Of a stretch of DNA of 64,000 bases, positions 1 through 13,600 are shown in pieces (positions within the stretch are counted from its first letter, which is position 1; each line of letters starts with the position of its first letter). Both the position numbers and the translations under genes were made by a program. Where the stretch lies: positions 3,470-67,469 of the forward strand of contig NMRA01000731.1 of assembly GCA_002633005.1 (NCBI GenBank), given 5' to 3'. Below the pieces are notes generated by a model that saw nothing but the letters and a program-made list of their open reading frames with translations, did no database searches and was not told the DNA's origin. The stretch comes from Phoronis australis. Taxonomy: Eukaryota; Animalia; Phoronida.

Positions 1-565
1 GTTTAGGAGATACAGCCATAGGCGCAAAAAAAACAAAACTGCCACTAGGAGGCGCCACAGTAGTCCAAATTGTCTGAAAATCATTGTCAGCTGTCTTCTT
101 CACAGTAAGCATATACATGCCAATTTTCACAATCATCCTTTGAGCGGTTTGGTTGATAGAGGGTTGGACGCAAAAATACAGACTCGAAAACAGTAAAAAT
201 GGCCACTAGGTGGCACAAACTATGTCGAATCCATCTGAAAACGGAAGGATAGCGTTATCTCACTAATAGGTGCCTACATACCAAATTTCATAAAAATCCG
301 TTCAGGACTTTTGAAGATACAAAGGTAAGCGTAACAAACTAAAATTGCCACTAGGGGGCACACCGGTAGTCGGATCCGTACGAAAGTTCGCACATGCCGT
401 CCCATTCATGAATTGAACATATGTGCCAAATTTCATGAACATATGTCAAAGGGTTTTGGAGATAGAGCAGCGGATGCCGGACGGACGCCGCCTATACGGA
501 CGGACGGACAGACGGACGGAGATAACGGCATAATGCGTCCACATATAAATATGTGGGCGCATAAT
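1..565 (-). mobile_element. Non-autonomous Helentron/DINE-1-like (HINE) repeat, truncated by window start
   Basis: ~150-160 bp internal subrepeats (gccactagg..ggc at 41, 202, 347), GGAC/AGAC microsatellite ~478-520 and terminal hairpin atgcgtccacat..atgtgggcgcat (533-562). A reverse-oriented copy starts tttatgcgcccaca at ~33067. Confidence 0.65.
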
Positions 566-620
566 AATTGCTAATTGTTCTTTGTTCATTTTTCAAAGGC
601 TATTATGTTTGATGGTTTAA

Positions 621-1719
621 AGAGATCCACCATGCATTTTCTTAGTTTTTGGCGTTCCAATTAGCTAATATGAAATGAATACCATAAAATTAAACTAAAT
701 AAGTACTTTTTATGCCGAATAGACACAAATTTCTTTAATTTTGAAGAAAAATTAGTTACTTCCAGGTTTCCCGACAAATGATGTAATGAGTGGAACATGT
801 TTGGTCACTTGACAATTAATTGCAATGGTGGAACATGGCAGATGAGAAGATGAGGACGATTTTGAGCGACAACTGGACAATTATTATGCAGACAGAGAGT
901 AGAGTGGATACGGACCCTAGTACTCGAATGATTTCCCACTTATCAAACTTTTGTCGGCTTTGAGACCATATGAACTCTACCCACTTGCACGTGTAATGCT
1001 TCAGACAATCATATGTTAGCCACCGTCAGCCAAAGAGTGATCAATATTCACAAAATAGACACTTAATTACTGACAAAGGCCACAGTAAACCTGAGTCACT
1101 CATATTCACTATTGCCATGATGGCATGAGCACGGTCAAAACACGACGCATAAACCTACGTGTGGTAACACTCAATCTGGGTCATGGTCGAGGGCATAGCT
1201 GGCATCACTCGCCCCAGAATGGAAGCAGTTTGTTCGTTATTTATAAAATTTGCAATTACGGCACTAATACAAGGTGGCAAGTTCTTCATCCTAATACTGC
1301 TTTTTTGTTTGACTAAAACACGACTCCTTGTAATGGGCCAAACAAAGTGCGGCTCCTGACTGAATCGCATGTTTCACAGTGACAATGCAACACTCTCGTG
1401 CAGCGCACAAACCGCAACTTTCACGTATTTAGGAAATTTGAACACAAAGACGTTACTACAACCTCCGCAAACACCTGTTCATGTCTGAGAAAAGCCGCTC
1501 TCCACGGACTCTCTTCACAACTCATCAGTATCGCACTGGTAAAAACAACAACGGCGGAGACAGTCCATAACGTACAATTCCGATAACAAAAAAATACCGG
1601 TATACTTTTTTGAAAATTTTTGGTTTGTTTCTTAGCAAAAGGTATACTAAAGACTATTAAATCTCTTAAGATGTATTAATAAAATTAGTTTTGAGACACA
1701 GGGTCATGGTGGGAACTCT
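621..1719. mobile_element. Degenerate Kolobok-like DNA transposon with TTAA target duplication
   Basis: ttaa|agagatccaccatg ... catggtgggaactct|ttaa imperfect TIRs with TTAA on both sides. Decayed Cys-rich coding relic on the minus strand at ~1250-1590. Confidence 0.6.
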
Positions 1720-3692
1720 TTAAACCATTTCAGGGATCTTAAAAATTGAAATCATTGACTTGGTACCTACCTATATTTAGGGGTAAAGGGTCGCAAGGTG
1801 GTGCATGTGGATCCATGGTCGGTCAACAAGGGGGCAGCATCCCGAAAAGAACCTACAGAAAATAAAGTTCATCCACTAACTGCAAATTCACAATGGGTAC
1901 CTTCAGCAATTTTGCTCACGTGAGGGTGATACGACCAAGTCGGAGTTCGTCTCAGTGGCTCAAATCAACTATAGGTTTTGGTCCGAACTGTATGAATAAG
2001 GGCGAAAAATATTTACCATTACAGACCAGCACGTTAATGGGGGGAAGTAGTTTTAAACTCGTAATTAATTGCTGTGCAAATACGACTAAGAGTAATGACA
2101 ATGTCAATAGATCTCCATGCATATGAAGATACAGTGTTTAACTTTAAAAGGATACAAGTATGCATTTCTACTCGGTCAGCAGTCTGCGAAACATAAATTA
2201 TATTTTAGACCAGCAGTTTTCAATTTGGTGTCCGGTCAAATGCTATGAAGACAAAATTAACTCAATTACATAGTAATCAGTATTAAATTATTCACCAAAA
2301 TTTTACCTCTTGAAGTTATATTACAGTATGGGATGCAATGCATTTCCCAACAGGCAACTGGTATAAAATGCTTCTTTAAAGTTATCAGTTTTGGTTACAG
2401 ACACTTCTTCTCTTTTTTTGAATCGGTTTACATTTCAATTTTAAAAACATGTCGGCCTTAATTATGTCCATTTTTTTACTTTGAAGCTGCTAAACAGACA
2501 TGTTGGTTTATGGCTGCATTAATCACATATTCCAATACGTTCAGCTAGGTCCATGAACAGCGACTAGCTTGCTTCAATCGTGACTGCACCATCAAGCCTT
2601 TGTTTGCCGAGGAATTCGCTGCATACTCTGGGGTAACCAGTACATGAGCATTATCGTCCACTTGAATGCAAATCCTGTTACCATAAGATTTGCCTAATGG
2701 CAATAACACAACAACCACTTTTGACTTGTGTAGCCTTAGTGGAGATTGCCAGATTCGTAACTTAAAACATCTGAGTTACAATCTTCCAAAAAAAATTGCC
2801 CACAATTAGTTGTTTTCTTGTTGATATGCGTCCAGCATGACCTCCAGTCAGTATTCAAGTGGGTCAATCTTGTTTTCCTATTCATGATTTGTGTTGTTTC
2901 ACCAAAAATAAAACTAAAGCAGTGAGAAGGATAGTCAATTGACCTTTTCCTTTTCAATCACATTTGTATATTTCACAAAAACACATGAGGACTTCAACTG
3001 ACAAAATTTGTTGAACAAACAACAATGTTCATGATTAATAATATTCCAAGGTCTCTCGGGAATGATTACCTATACTTTTCAGCAAAATTTTATCAAGAAT
3101 AATTTTCAAGGTGACTCTGACTTTCAACTGAGAGTTTGCTGGCACAATGAATGCAAGGTTGGTTGTCTGGTGCTGTGAGGCCTATTCGGCAGTGTATGCA
3201 AATTTCGTGCTTGGCATGAAAACAAACAATTTTTGACAGCTGAGTTATCGATCAGACCCAGACAGTAACACTTGGCTTGGACTGGAGTTGGACTACGATT
3301 ACCAAGAAACACGTGTGTTACCGGCCTAATCTCACTTACTCCCGAAGTCGAGACTAATTCCATTCCTTCTCCAAGCAGACTCAGTCAGCACATATGAAAT
3401 TTATCACAATGCCCAAAAGTAAAGCGTGATTCACTCCACTGAGGCATTGAATTGCAGAATACATAGCTCACTGGAAACTCATTCACGCCTGAACCTACTA
3501 ACCGTAGCAGTCGCACAACTAGCGCCGTGTGCACCGACAATGTTGCTGCTATCTGCAAAACTATAGGGTGATCGTCAAATGTCAGACTGGTGCTTATAAT
3601 AGAAACAATATGATGATTACAACAAATGATCTTTGATTGACCCTCCTCGACATTACAATTTGAATTCATAATAATTTTTAAAAAGTAATAAT

Positions 3693-4350
3693 TAGCCTAG
3701 TGCGGTCCCAGTCGGAGAAGAAGTGCAAGATGCCGCGACTCTCGACTGATTGATGGTGCAGTCACGTACAGCTCTACCGCGGGGGCCTGTGAGTCGGCTA
3801 CGCGCGGGACCAGCGGACCCCATGTAGCCTACTATAGGGGGTGTGTTTTTTAAAGACCTAGATACATTTTTGAAATCGTCATAGCGTGTAATCAACGAAA
3901 TTTTGTCCCACGTCAGTGCTCCTGAATCGCAGCGCCATAACGGTTTTTGAAAACCTGTCTAAACTAGGCGCCATCTGGACAAGCCAGTAAAGCCATGGGA
4001 TCTACAGCTAGGACCATGCTCAGTAACTAGCCAAAGATCGGATGTCCATGTAATCTCGCGAAGTCTGGCTTTTCAGTGAGGTCCTAGCTAGCATTACTGA
4101 ACTGAGTCTACAAGGGTATATAGGTCCAAACAATGAGCTATATTTGGGGCAAACGATAGCCGACGGTGCTTCTGGAAAGGATTGCCGTACAGTGAGTAGA
4201 AAATCAGTAATGAATTCAAGTTCCCTGTGCCCAGCGGTCTCTAGAGAGATTAGTTAGTACGAAAATCGTCATGAAGTTAGTGCGCCGGCCGTTTCGCTGT
4301 TAGCGGCGGGCCCGGGTTATCCGTTGGGGCCAGGTCTGAGTACTATGCTA
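3693..4350. mobile_element. Possible non-autonomous Academ-like TIR element
   Basis: GC-rich island bounded by tagcctagtgc ... gtactatgcta (TAG...CTA termini, imperfect inverted repeat). No clean TSD. Confidence 0.35.
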
Positions 4351-6422
4351 AGTTCAGTGAGATTCAAGTAGGCTTTTGTGATTACTAAACGTTTGAGTGT
4401 GCTATTGTTTTATCATTAGTCAGTGTTCAGCGAAATTGCTGTGCGCTTTTCCAAACAACTTGCGAAATATATTATGGAGCAAATTAATAATGCAAAAAGA
4501 TGGAACGTTAGGCAGAGGAAACTATAAAAACAACATTTGTTTCCAAACAACGGCATTTTGAGATGTTTAGGGTTGCTCATGTTTCAGTGAAAATAAATGA
4601 TGTCCACGGTATGATCATAGGGATTTTCACTGACACATCATGAGTTAACCGTTGGTTTTAGCATCCCATTCAAAACGACTACACCCGAACGGCAATAAAC
4701 TATAACAAAAATGATAAGTTATTTATAGTATTTAACCGTTTTTGTCGTCCGTTCAAGATTTTAGCCTTGATGGAAATCATCATGGAAATCTGTTATCAGT
4801 GGCTTTACCGAAGTTTATTATTGAATTAACGTAATTTTTGTTTTCATCGTTTACTCTACGAAAAAATTTGAGCAGGGCGTCATTTGCTGCATTTTTGCCA
4901 TAATTTTCGTATATTTTGGACTTGAGAGCCCCGGCTTAATTCTTCTTTTAGCACTAACGCGGTCCAGCAGTCGTCATGTCTCGTTAACACTTTAGTCAAA
5001 AATGACTATTTAAACCCTAGGATGCTGTATCGCTCCTGAGCAATGACTCGTATTCTACATCTAGACATGGTTTTCAATGAATTTCCAAATGATAGTTTCC
5101 ACTGTGGTGGCAAAAAACGAACACTTGAAAACTATTGAGTTGGTTCACGATTTGTGATGAAGTCCAGTAAATGAAGTGTTTTTAATATCGTTTATATATA
5201 TTTTGATTAAAAGGATTGAAAGTATATTTCCGATAAGTAAAATACGCCAAATTGCACAAAAGCTCCTTCAAAAAATGGAACATAACATTTTAAGGTCAAT
5301 CAACAGTGTGAATAACCGTATGCTTACATTTCATGAGCATAGGCACTTGTTAAATCATCCAATGAAAAATGGAAATCATTGGGAATATCAAAATATGTAG
5401 GTCATTGACAGTAAATATTTTGAAAGAGAACAATCGTTTCAACTACAAAGTGATAACTACGTTGCATCGCAGGCTAACGCCAACGTTTAGCTATCAGTTC
5501 GGGGTTTACTAAATATCAACAGTCTCACCCGATATTGAATTGTGGCGAATGAGCTAGGTGACAATAAAATTTAAGAATGGCAAGAAGAGATCTCTTCCTG
5601 ATAATGATAAGAAAAAACGCAATTAAAGAGAAAAGCAAATTATAACAAACACATAGGATTCCGCATGCAATCACACATTTCAAAACTCTCACTGGATTAA
5701 CTCTTTGCCCAATCCTTGCCAAACATATTTTATGCTCCTCTTAATGGACAATTATTGAGGGTTACACCCTAAACACCCTCTTTCCAAGAAGTTTCGGGCC
5801 TGACCAGCTTAAGGGCAACATCGTTATGCTTTTTATAGTCAATCATCAGTGTTTGCCTGACAAACGTTTTAAAAAAATGACGTCCACTCAACACAAGTTA
5901 TAAAAGCAGAGTACTTACTGGGTGATGGATCCACAGATGTTAAGGTATTCGGAAAGGCATTCTCACTTGTTCAGGCACTACACACAGTAAATCCCATTGT
6001 AGTAGTAATAAGGTTTGGTATGTCGCAGTAGTAATCGCACGTCTCTCTAGTCTAGTCGGCTTTCTGGTTCGAATAGCAATCTTATTGGCGGGAAATTCAA
6101 AAGTCACGTGACAAGAGACTTAGCCCATCCGCTCCCTGTTGTTCTATTAAATGCACTCAATAGACAGTGCCGACAAACACAGTTAGGGCACGTCCATCAC
6201 AGTTACCTGTTGCGAAGCCCCCCTGAGCGCAAACATGGAATTAGGCTCCCAGCTCACGAACCACATGAGCAGGTTTCCAATGAGGAGCCAAACCATAACA
6301 ATTGGTCCGGGGGAGGGAGAGTAATTAATATCAGCCCATTCACTGATGATGTGCAAGTTCACGTTGAGCTTCATTCACGTGTCAGATCGCTTCTGGGTGC
6401 CGCGGTTATTTACATAGCACAA

Positions 6423-6479
6423 NNNNNNNNNNNNNNNNNNNNNNNNNNNNNNNNNNNNNNNNNNNNNNNNNNNNNNNNN
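6423..6479. other. Assembly gap (N run)
   Basis: Run of N bases. Confidence 1.
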
Positions 6480-9400
6480 TCAGACTTGAATAAAGTGTTT
6501 CATGAGGTCTTGCCGTCGCTTTAACTGTGCAGGTTTTCTTGGCATTATTACTATTCCACGATGTCGACTCCAGGGTCATCGCTTCAGATCTTGAAAAAAA
6601 TTACCATACATCCTGGTGAGATATGTTCAAAAGATTTATTTCAAATTATGATCTGCGGCAGTATTTTTTAAGTTGGAGCATCTTCAATATTTTAGCCCCA
6701 AAGAGTTCATTTTTGGCTCAAATATGCTCAGTAAATAAAATACTTTTAAAACGGTTCCATTAATATTTAGAGTAAAAATGTTTTAACATTTTTGAGCCTC
6801 ACTATCACAAATCAGCCTTTGCATTTTCAAAAGGGTTTCCATTAACCTTAATTGGAGCTCCAAAATGCGCTAAATTATGGCTGTTTTTGTACTTAGCCAT
6901 TCATGGGATGCTTCGAGGGCCAGTTTGCAGCTGGGATGCTAGTATTTTCAGATAACATTTTCTTATCAGTTTTTTGTATGGCTAAGAAAAAAATTTGGGC
7001 TTTTTGTTTGTTTCCAAGCAACAACCGATGGAAAGAACATACCATCTCGTATTGCAATCGGCACTGAAACTCACCAAGGGGCTTCAGTAATTTTTGCAAA
7101 TATCTATTGTTATGGCAATGGTAGTCGTCAATTTTTAATGATTTGATTACTGCTTGCCGCCCTGGTTGCGGTTTCTATAACTTGATTTCTTTGGTGAAAT
7201 TTCCTAAATTTGGTCAAATTGCTGCTATCCAGGAAACAGTGGCACATACATGTTTTCGAATGATTCTAACCTGTGCTGTCCCACGGTACTACTGGTGCCC
7301 CCCTTCCACCTCGTCACGCACCCCGCCCTCGGGGCCCCCACCCCTGGAAGAGGCTAACTGATGATTTGCCTTTTTTACGTCCAATTTATTACCTGACAGT
7401 CGTTACATGAAAATACAAAATAATTTCAACCCGAGTCTTGTCATTTCTACTGTATACTAATCGTTTAGTTGATTCCACCCCAAACTAATTTTGTCACTGA
7501 GTTCTTGTCGCACTCCCGTCTTTCAAAATATTGGGCTCATGGGTTTCAAACATTTAAGGTAGTCAAGGGTTACATGTGGCAAGGTAAATCTGAATTTGAC
7601 AAGCCTGATAATGAAAAAATATGAAGCTGTAAGGATGAAGGATTTGAGTAAACGTCACACTTAACTGTCTAAATGTAAAGTAAGTAAAACCTATTCACAT
7701 TTTGTCACTTAAGTTTGATATAACCTGAACAAGAAAATAACAAGTTACACTAACCATGTATAAAAAGCATAATTTATAAATTAAAATAAAAAATTGTGTC
7801 TTATTGTGATTTCAGGCTTTCAAACAACAAACGATTTCAGCTAATTTTTCAACAAAATGCCAGTTCAGCTCAGCAAAAGTCCCCGTAATTGTCGGTGCTG
7901 CCGGAAATGCAACTTTGTTACATGTAGTATTTAAATTACTCAGTAACTTATATTTGCGTTACTAATTTGTGGTGAAAACTCTTGAATCGTACAGAATAGT
8001 AGCGAAAGTTTGTATCATTTAATTCTCCTTAAGAATATTTGTGAAAAAAATCTACAAACACTGTTTGTATCCTACGTCGCTGACGTACGCAAGATGGCGG
8101 ACCCAATCAAAAAAGTGAGTCAAATTTTGACACAACAATGGTGATAACTTTTGAACGCAACATGCGACTTTGATCAATTTCTGATTTTGTTTTCAGACAA
8201 CGACAACGTTCCTTTGACGTAGGATGTTATGTCTAAAGCGGAAAAATAATTTCCGATTCTCCCGCTTCATATGTCTCAAAACCTTAATTCAGAAGAATTG
8301 CTTAATACCACCATTTACCTTGTTTTGACTCGCTACTACATCGTCAGAATCACCAAACCTTCCTTTGTAGTACTGCACGTCACGACTGTAAACTCAACAT
8401 CCCAAAATCGTGGAAAAAAGAAAAGTGTCTTTCTAGCTCCATTAAGTTTGATGTATATTTGTTTTTATTGTAAATTTCATTTGTTTGTCAAATTTAACAT
8501 GAGTTTTCAATCCTATTTACCTTCAAATATTTATTCAATTTGTGTGTGGTTCAACTACACCCAAGACACCACTTGAAGAAAAATGTGTTCATGTTATAAT
8601 TTAGAATCATTAGATGAAATTTATTGTATTTTTGTTCGTCTTTTGCAAAACTCACCAAGATATGAAATTATTTATAACTCTAGTATGGGAAAAACTATTT
8701 AGCTAATATTCGAGACTATTTGCAAATTATTTTAGAAAAGTTTATGAACGTAGAACTGCCTTTCCAGAACCACTTTCTTGTACACCTTAACTGTTACGAA
8801 ATTATGTCTAAAAAAGTAAACCGTAAGGTTGGCTACTTCAGATGTATCATTTATCGAATTGTATTTGTTGAATATACAGCTCCCTATAATAAATGAGCAC
8901 GATGTCACATAGGTCTCTGCTAAATACGAGTGGGCAAGAGTGTGGGGAATTAAGAACAAGTTACACCCCAAAATATCTCTTCTTGGCTTAGACCTTGGAA
9001 TGACCAACGACAAAAAGAAAAAAAAATCGAGATGATGTATCGTTCTACAAATAAATAAGCTTTTGTGATAGAATTATTTTTGTGTTGTAGAACTTAACTG
9101 AAATAAGCGTTTTCGCATGAATAGTCAAAATAATGATGACAAAGAGACGAAAAAAGAGGAAACTGAAAATCAAATGAAATGAAATCAAACCAAAAAAAGG
9201 AAATCCTCTAAAAACAGGAAAATTCCAAGCTCTGTTGGCTGCAAGGTCAGGAAACAGACAGCGGACCATTATCAAAAGTGGGTACATTTTGTTGATATCA
9301 GAAAACTGATGCCATGCATGTGACTTGTGTACTTTTCCCATTGCCAACTTCCTCCAGTCAGCATTCCAACCCACAGCAGGTTAAACTTTTGGTGGCACAC

Positions 9401-10673
9401 GATAGAGTAACAAATTTTCATAAAAAGTCACCAGGAGTACAATAAAGTGTAAATCCAACGACATAAAATTGATGTCTAAAAAGTGCCCAAATGGTTGCGA
9501 AGCATTGTGCGTAAAAAGCAACGATTTTAAAGAGCACACAGATTTCAGAATCTGGCAATGCCAGGATAGACCGACTGGTGCTGGTAAACGTTCAATTTTA
9601 CATTTACTGATCAATTACAATGGGGCAAAGAAAACAAAACAAACAACAGATAACAACCTCTATTTCATCATTCTGGTTGTCACAGTAAACCACAGAACCT
9701 GTTGTTAAATACTCCATGGTAAACATGCCGTAATACTTGACTGGGTTACATTTAGGCACATTTCTCAGCAACAGTCTTAAGACTTAGCAACATGGTACCT
9801 GTAAAACATCTGATATCAAAAGTTCACCTCACTCCACCGTAGTATGATACGAGTTCCACATCTTTCACAAAATTCTGTAACATATTTCTCGCAACCGCAT
9901 GGATGAAATCAAATTTCAACAAATTCGTTCTCATTAATTTTCCATCACAATGTAAACTACTCCATTCCTGCTTAAAGTGACTATAAACCGGTGTTCCGTC
10001 AAAGAAACTAACTTTTGTTTTAGACCATTTACCTCTGTAAAACTGATTTTAACTTGTACCTGACTCAGATGAGAAGTCAGTTCTAGACTTGAAAAAATGA
10101 CAGTTTGTTATTGCTGGAGAACTTGCTAGTCACATAAAATAACCAAGCGTGACAAACCAACTTGTATAGATTGAGCTCAAACATTACTAAACTGTCAGTT
10201 CTTTCTAAATCTAGTAATCCCCTCAATAATAATTTGAGGCTAATTTCATAATGTCTAATTTTCCATTTAAACAGTTGAAACATTGTCTAAATCAAAATTT
10301 GGATTTGGGACAGAAAGTAGATTATAGCCACTTTAAACGATGCTTTACAAGAGTTACCCACGAAATCCACCATTCAATATTCCACGTCATCTCATGAACA
10401 TGTTGAAATCAAACAATGCAACATTTTATGCAAACATCACATCTAATTCGTTTGATGGCAATAGTCACTTAATACATGGGTCCTGTATTTTAAGAACCAG
10501 TTTGATGCCTGTTATTCAGTGGAGAAAACTGGTTCTCATTTTAACAATATTCCCCAATGTACCAGAGAATTTCACACTGGTACTGCATGATTACAATAAA
10601 TAAGTCTCTATTAATAACTGAAATCTGATTAAGATTTCAACTGCATGGTGTTGATCACGGTGTAAAGACAGCC

Positions 10674-13600
10674 TTAAAATCTCTCTGCCGATCTTGATGC
10701 GATTGCTCTCATCGTTCCGTACACCTTGGATGGAGGACTTCCTGTAAGCCAAAGTTTGAAAACCAATTAAGAATCCAAATTTTTAACACATTAATGACAC
10801 TGACAAGAATCTCAACATTCATACAAAAATATCACTAACACCATTGTCAGCAGAAGGACTATTTCCTTAAGTATTCAGTTACAACAACCATACCCAACTT
10901 CTACAGAGCTACAGTGAGATTTGGCCAAGGAAACTATGAAGCAACCACGAGCACTTGCGAGCACACTTTCCCACCTTCCAATTGCAATAAAACGATTATG
11001 TACTTACTTTACATCAACACTTAAACACCTCAATGGTATAGGATTCATAAACCAACAAAGTACGACATAATAAAACCAAAAAGTATAGTATTCCAGAAAT
11101 TATTAACTCAATATGTATTTCCACATACCTAGAATCAAATTGCATATTGCCGTCCTTGCGATCTTTATGTTTTGAAATGAACCGAGTACATGTATTTTAC
11201 TGAAAACAAGATTATACTGAGCTTTACCAATTATGTAAGTAACCAATAAAGACAAATTTGTTAAAAACAACGATACACTCAATTAAATTCATTGATGACA
11301 CGCCCTAAAACTGATATTGTACATAATCTTGGTTACAATTAGACTAGAATAGGCAAAATCTTTCAAAACGGAGGCTGTGTGATACAAAACAGTTTCAAAA
11401 GTCAAATCTTCGCTATCTTAACACATTTCCTATCAAAAGCGATTGGTTGAACAACTATGACAACTCCCAATATCAAGATAATGAAAAGGACCATTACTTT
11501 CAGTCTATTGCTTGGTGCAAAGACTGTTCCCACCATAACTGCACTTCAAAAATGACTCATCAGTCTGGAGTCAATTTCGTTTTTAAAACGCAAACAGCCA
11601 TTAACACCAAATAATTTCAATGTTCAATCAAATATTGCACCATGTGACATTTTACAACACAAGCATTACTGATCATTTGTTTGCACATTGCCTACATACC
11701 TGTCGGCTAAAACTATTCTAGTTTTTGTGACGTTTTCTATGGTGAACTTTGTCTTTCCACCTTTTCCAGCTATTCGCCCGATGGCTCTTGCCAAGTGATC
11801 ACCCTTCAATGGTTTCACTGAAAAAACAAAAAGAAACTGCCAACTAGTGCACCAACTAGTGCAAAAAAGTGATTAACAACAATCACAACTCACATGACAA
11901 AAACACTGCCAGTGTTACAATTAGGTAACATTTACTTTTTTCAACTCACCGGACATAACAACCAGTTACTAAATGGGTCACGTGGCCATGTCTTTTAGTA
12001 AAATTTAGAACAGTCATAGCAAAACAACGGTATCAGTAACATGACCAAATTTCATTTGAAATGAATAATCGAGATGAAATTTCAAAACATTCTGTGACCG
12101 TTTTCCAAATTAGTATTTCGTTTTACTTTTATGCAACTTTTTGAGTTGTTCCATAAAAGTCGTAAATAAGATCTTTGATAACCCCTCATACAAAAGTGGA
12201 ACATTTTAAAGCAATTTTTAACACCTTTTTGGAGAGTGCATAAAACACAGAACTAGTATGTGAAAGTTGCATCTGAATGCGTTAAGCATTTCAAAGACAT
12301 GGGTGTTGGGTTAGCCAAATTTGGACATTTTCTAGGGTCCTAAGTAACCTTACAGCTGCATTTTGCCAAGTTTAGCTGGCTAAAAATTCAAATTGAATTA
12401 GACCCTATATTCCCATAAAATTGGTCTTTTAATGTTCTTTACAGAGATAGCTTTCTATTTCCAATACCAACAAGAACATCAAAAACATCAGCAACTCATT
12501 ACAAGAAACAAGTTAAAACTTTATTGGAAAAGGCCAATACCCTAAAACTGTGAATTTGAAAATGGCACATGTACACACTATCTGTGACTTGAGTTGGTAA
12601 TGGAAATAGAAACCTATCACAGTAAGAACTATTACGAGACCGATTTTATGAGAGTAAAATGCCAAATTCGATTTTCGTAACAGGGCAAAACGCAGCTGTA
12701 ACATTAGCATTTACGTCAAAGGAGCATAATTCATCAAACCTAACATGATAGACCATTAATACTCCGATACAAAAATAAGGATTTCCATGACTTTTCCCTT
12801 TTCAATGACAAAAACAAATTCCACATCTTATCCAGAGGAACTTCATAATTCCAAGTCCCCAGTTTGTGCGAACCAAATTTTATGCCTGGTTTCAACCCTC
12901 AGAGCAGCACAACAAGCCGCACACATTCAAATCCCCGTTAGTTCAGGTGTAAACTTCCTTGTGATAATAGCAAGAAACAGTGTTACTGAGAAACCCTCGT
13001 ACAACTCTCATAAGTTGGATATGGATAAGACAAAAATGCACGGCAGTTGGTCTAGGCCGTACATTCATTCATCCTTTTAAAAAAAATTAGATCTTGCTTC
13101 ACCCATATAAAATCTCCAGTTGAATCCGACTCTTCTGTAACTCCATTTATACTTCAAACCTAGAGTTAAAATAAGCTTACCATCAGTGACTTCAAAGGAT
13201 TCCAGAAACAGATCGTCTAACCTCACTAGCGCCAGCGCATCCTTCAAATAAAAGCACTCAATTAAAAACATAAGGCTTGCATATCAAAGTAAGACCAAGG
13301 CAATGTTCCTTGAACTCTGGTGAGTACCGTACTCCATACAGCGAACTTCTGCACTACTCTCATATCAGGTATACAATAGTGATGAGCCAAGGCGGAGGCT
13401 TTAACAGTATAGTTTTTGCCACTGGTTAATTACACAAAAACCCACGTTCCACTCAAGAAGAGAACTTTTGAGTTACCACCACAAATTGGTCTAGACATGT
13501 TCCTTACTCAGATGATGAGCAATTTCTGGATTTGCGATGAATTGAACGCATGAGACCATACTCGGTGCATAAAACAGCACACTGTGACAAGCCAACTTGT

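Noticed and set aside
6108-6524. 138-aa plus-strand ORF
   Set aside because: Spans the N gap, starts at GTG and has no recognisable motif.
11485-11565. C/D snoRNA or hammerhead candidate in PNO1 intron 5 (minus CTGATGA...CTGA)
   Set aside because: Box C lacks the leading purine, there is no convincing terminal stem or rRNA antisense element, and the motif order is wrong for a hammerhead.
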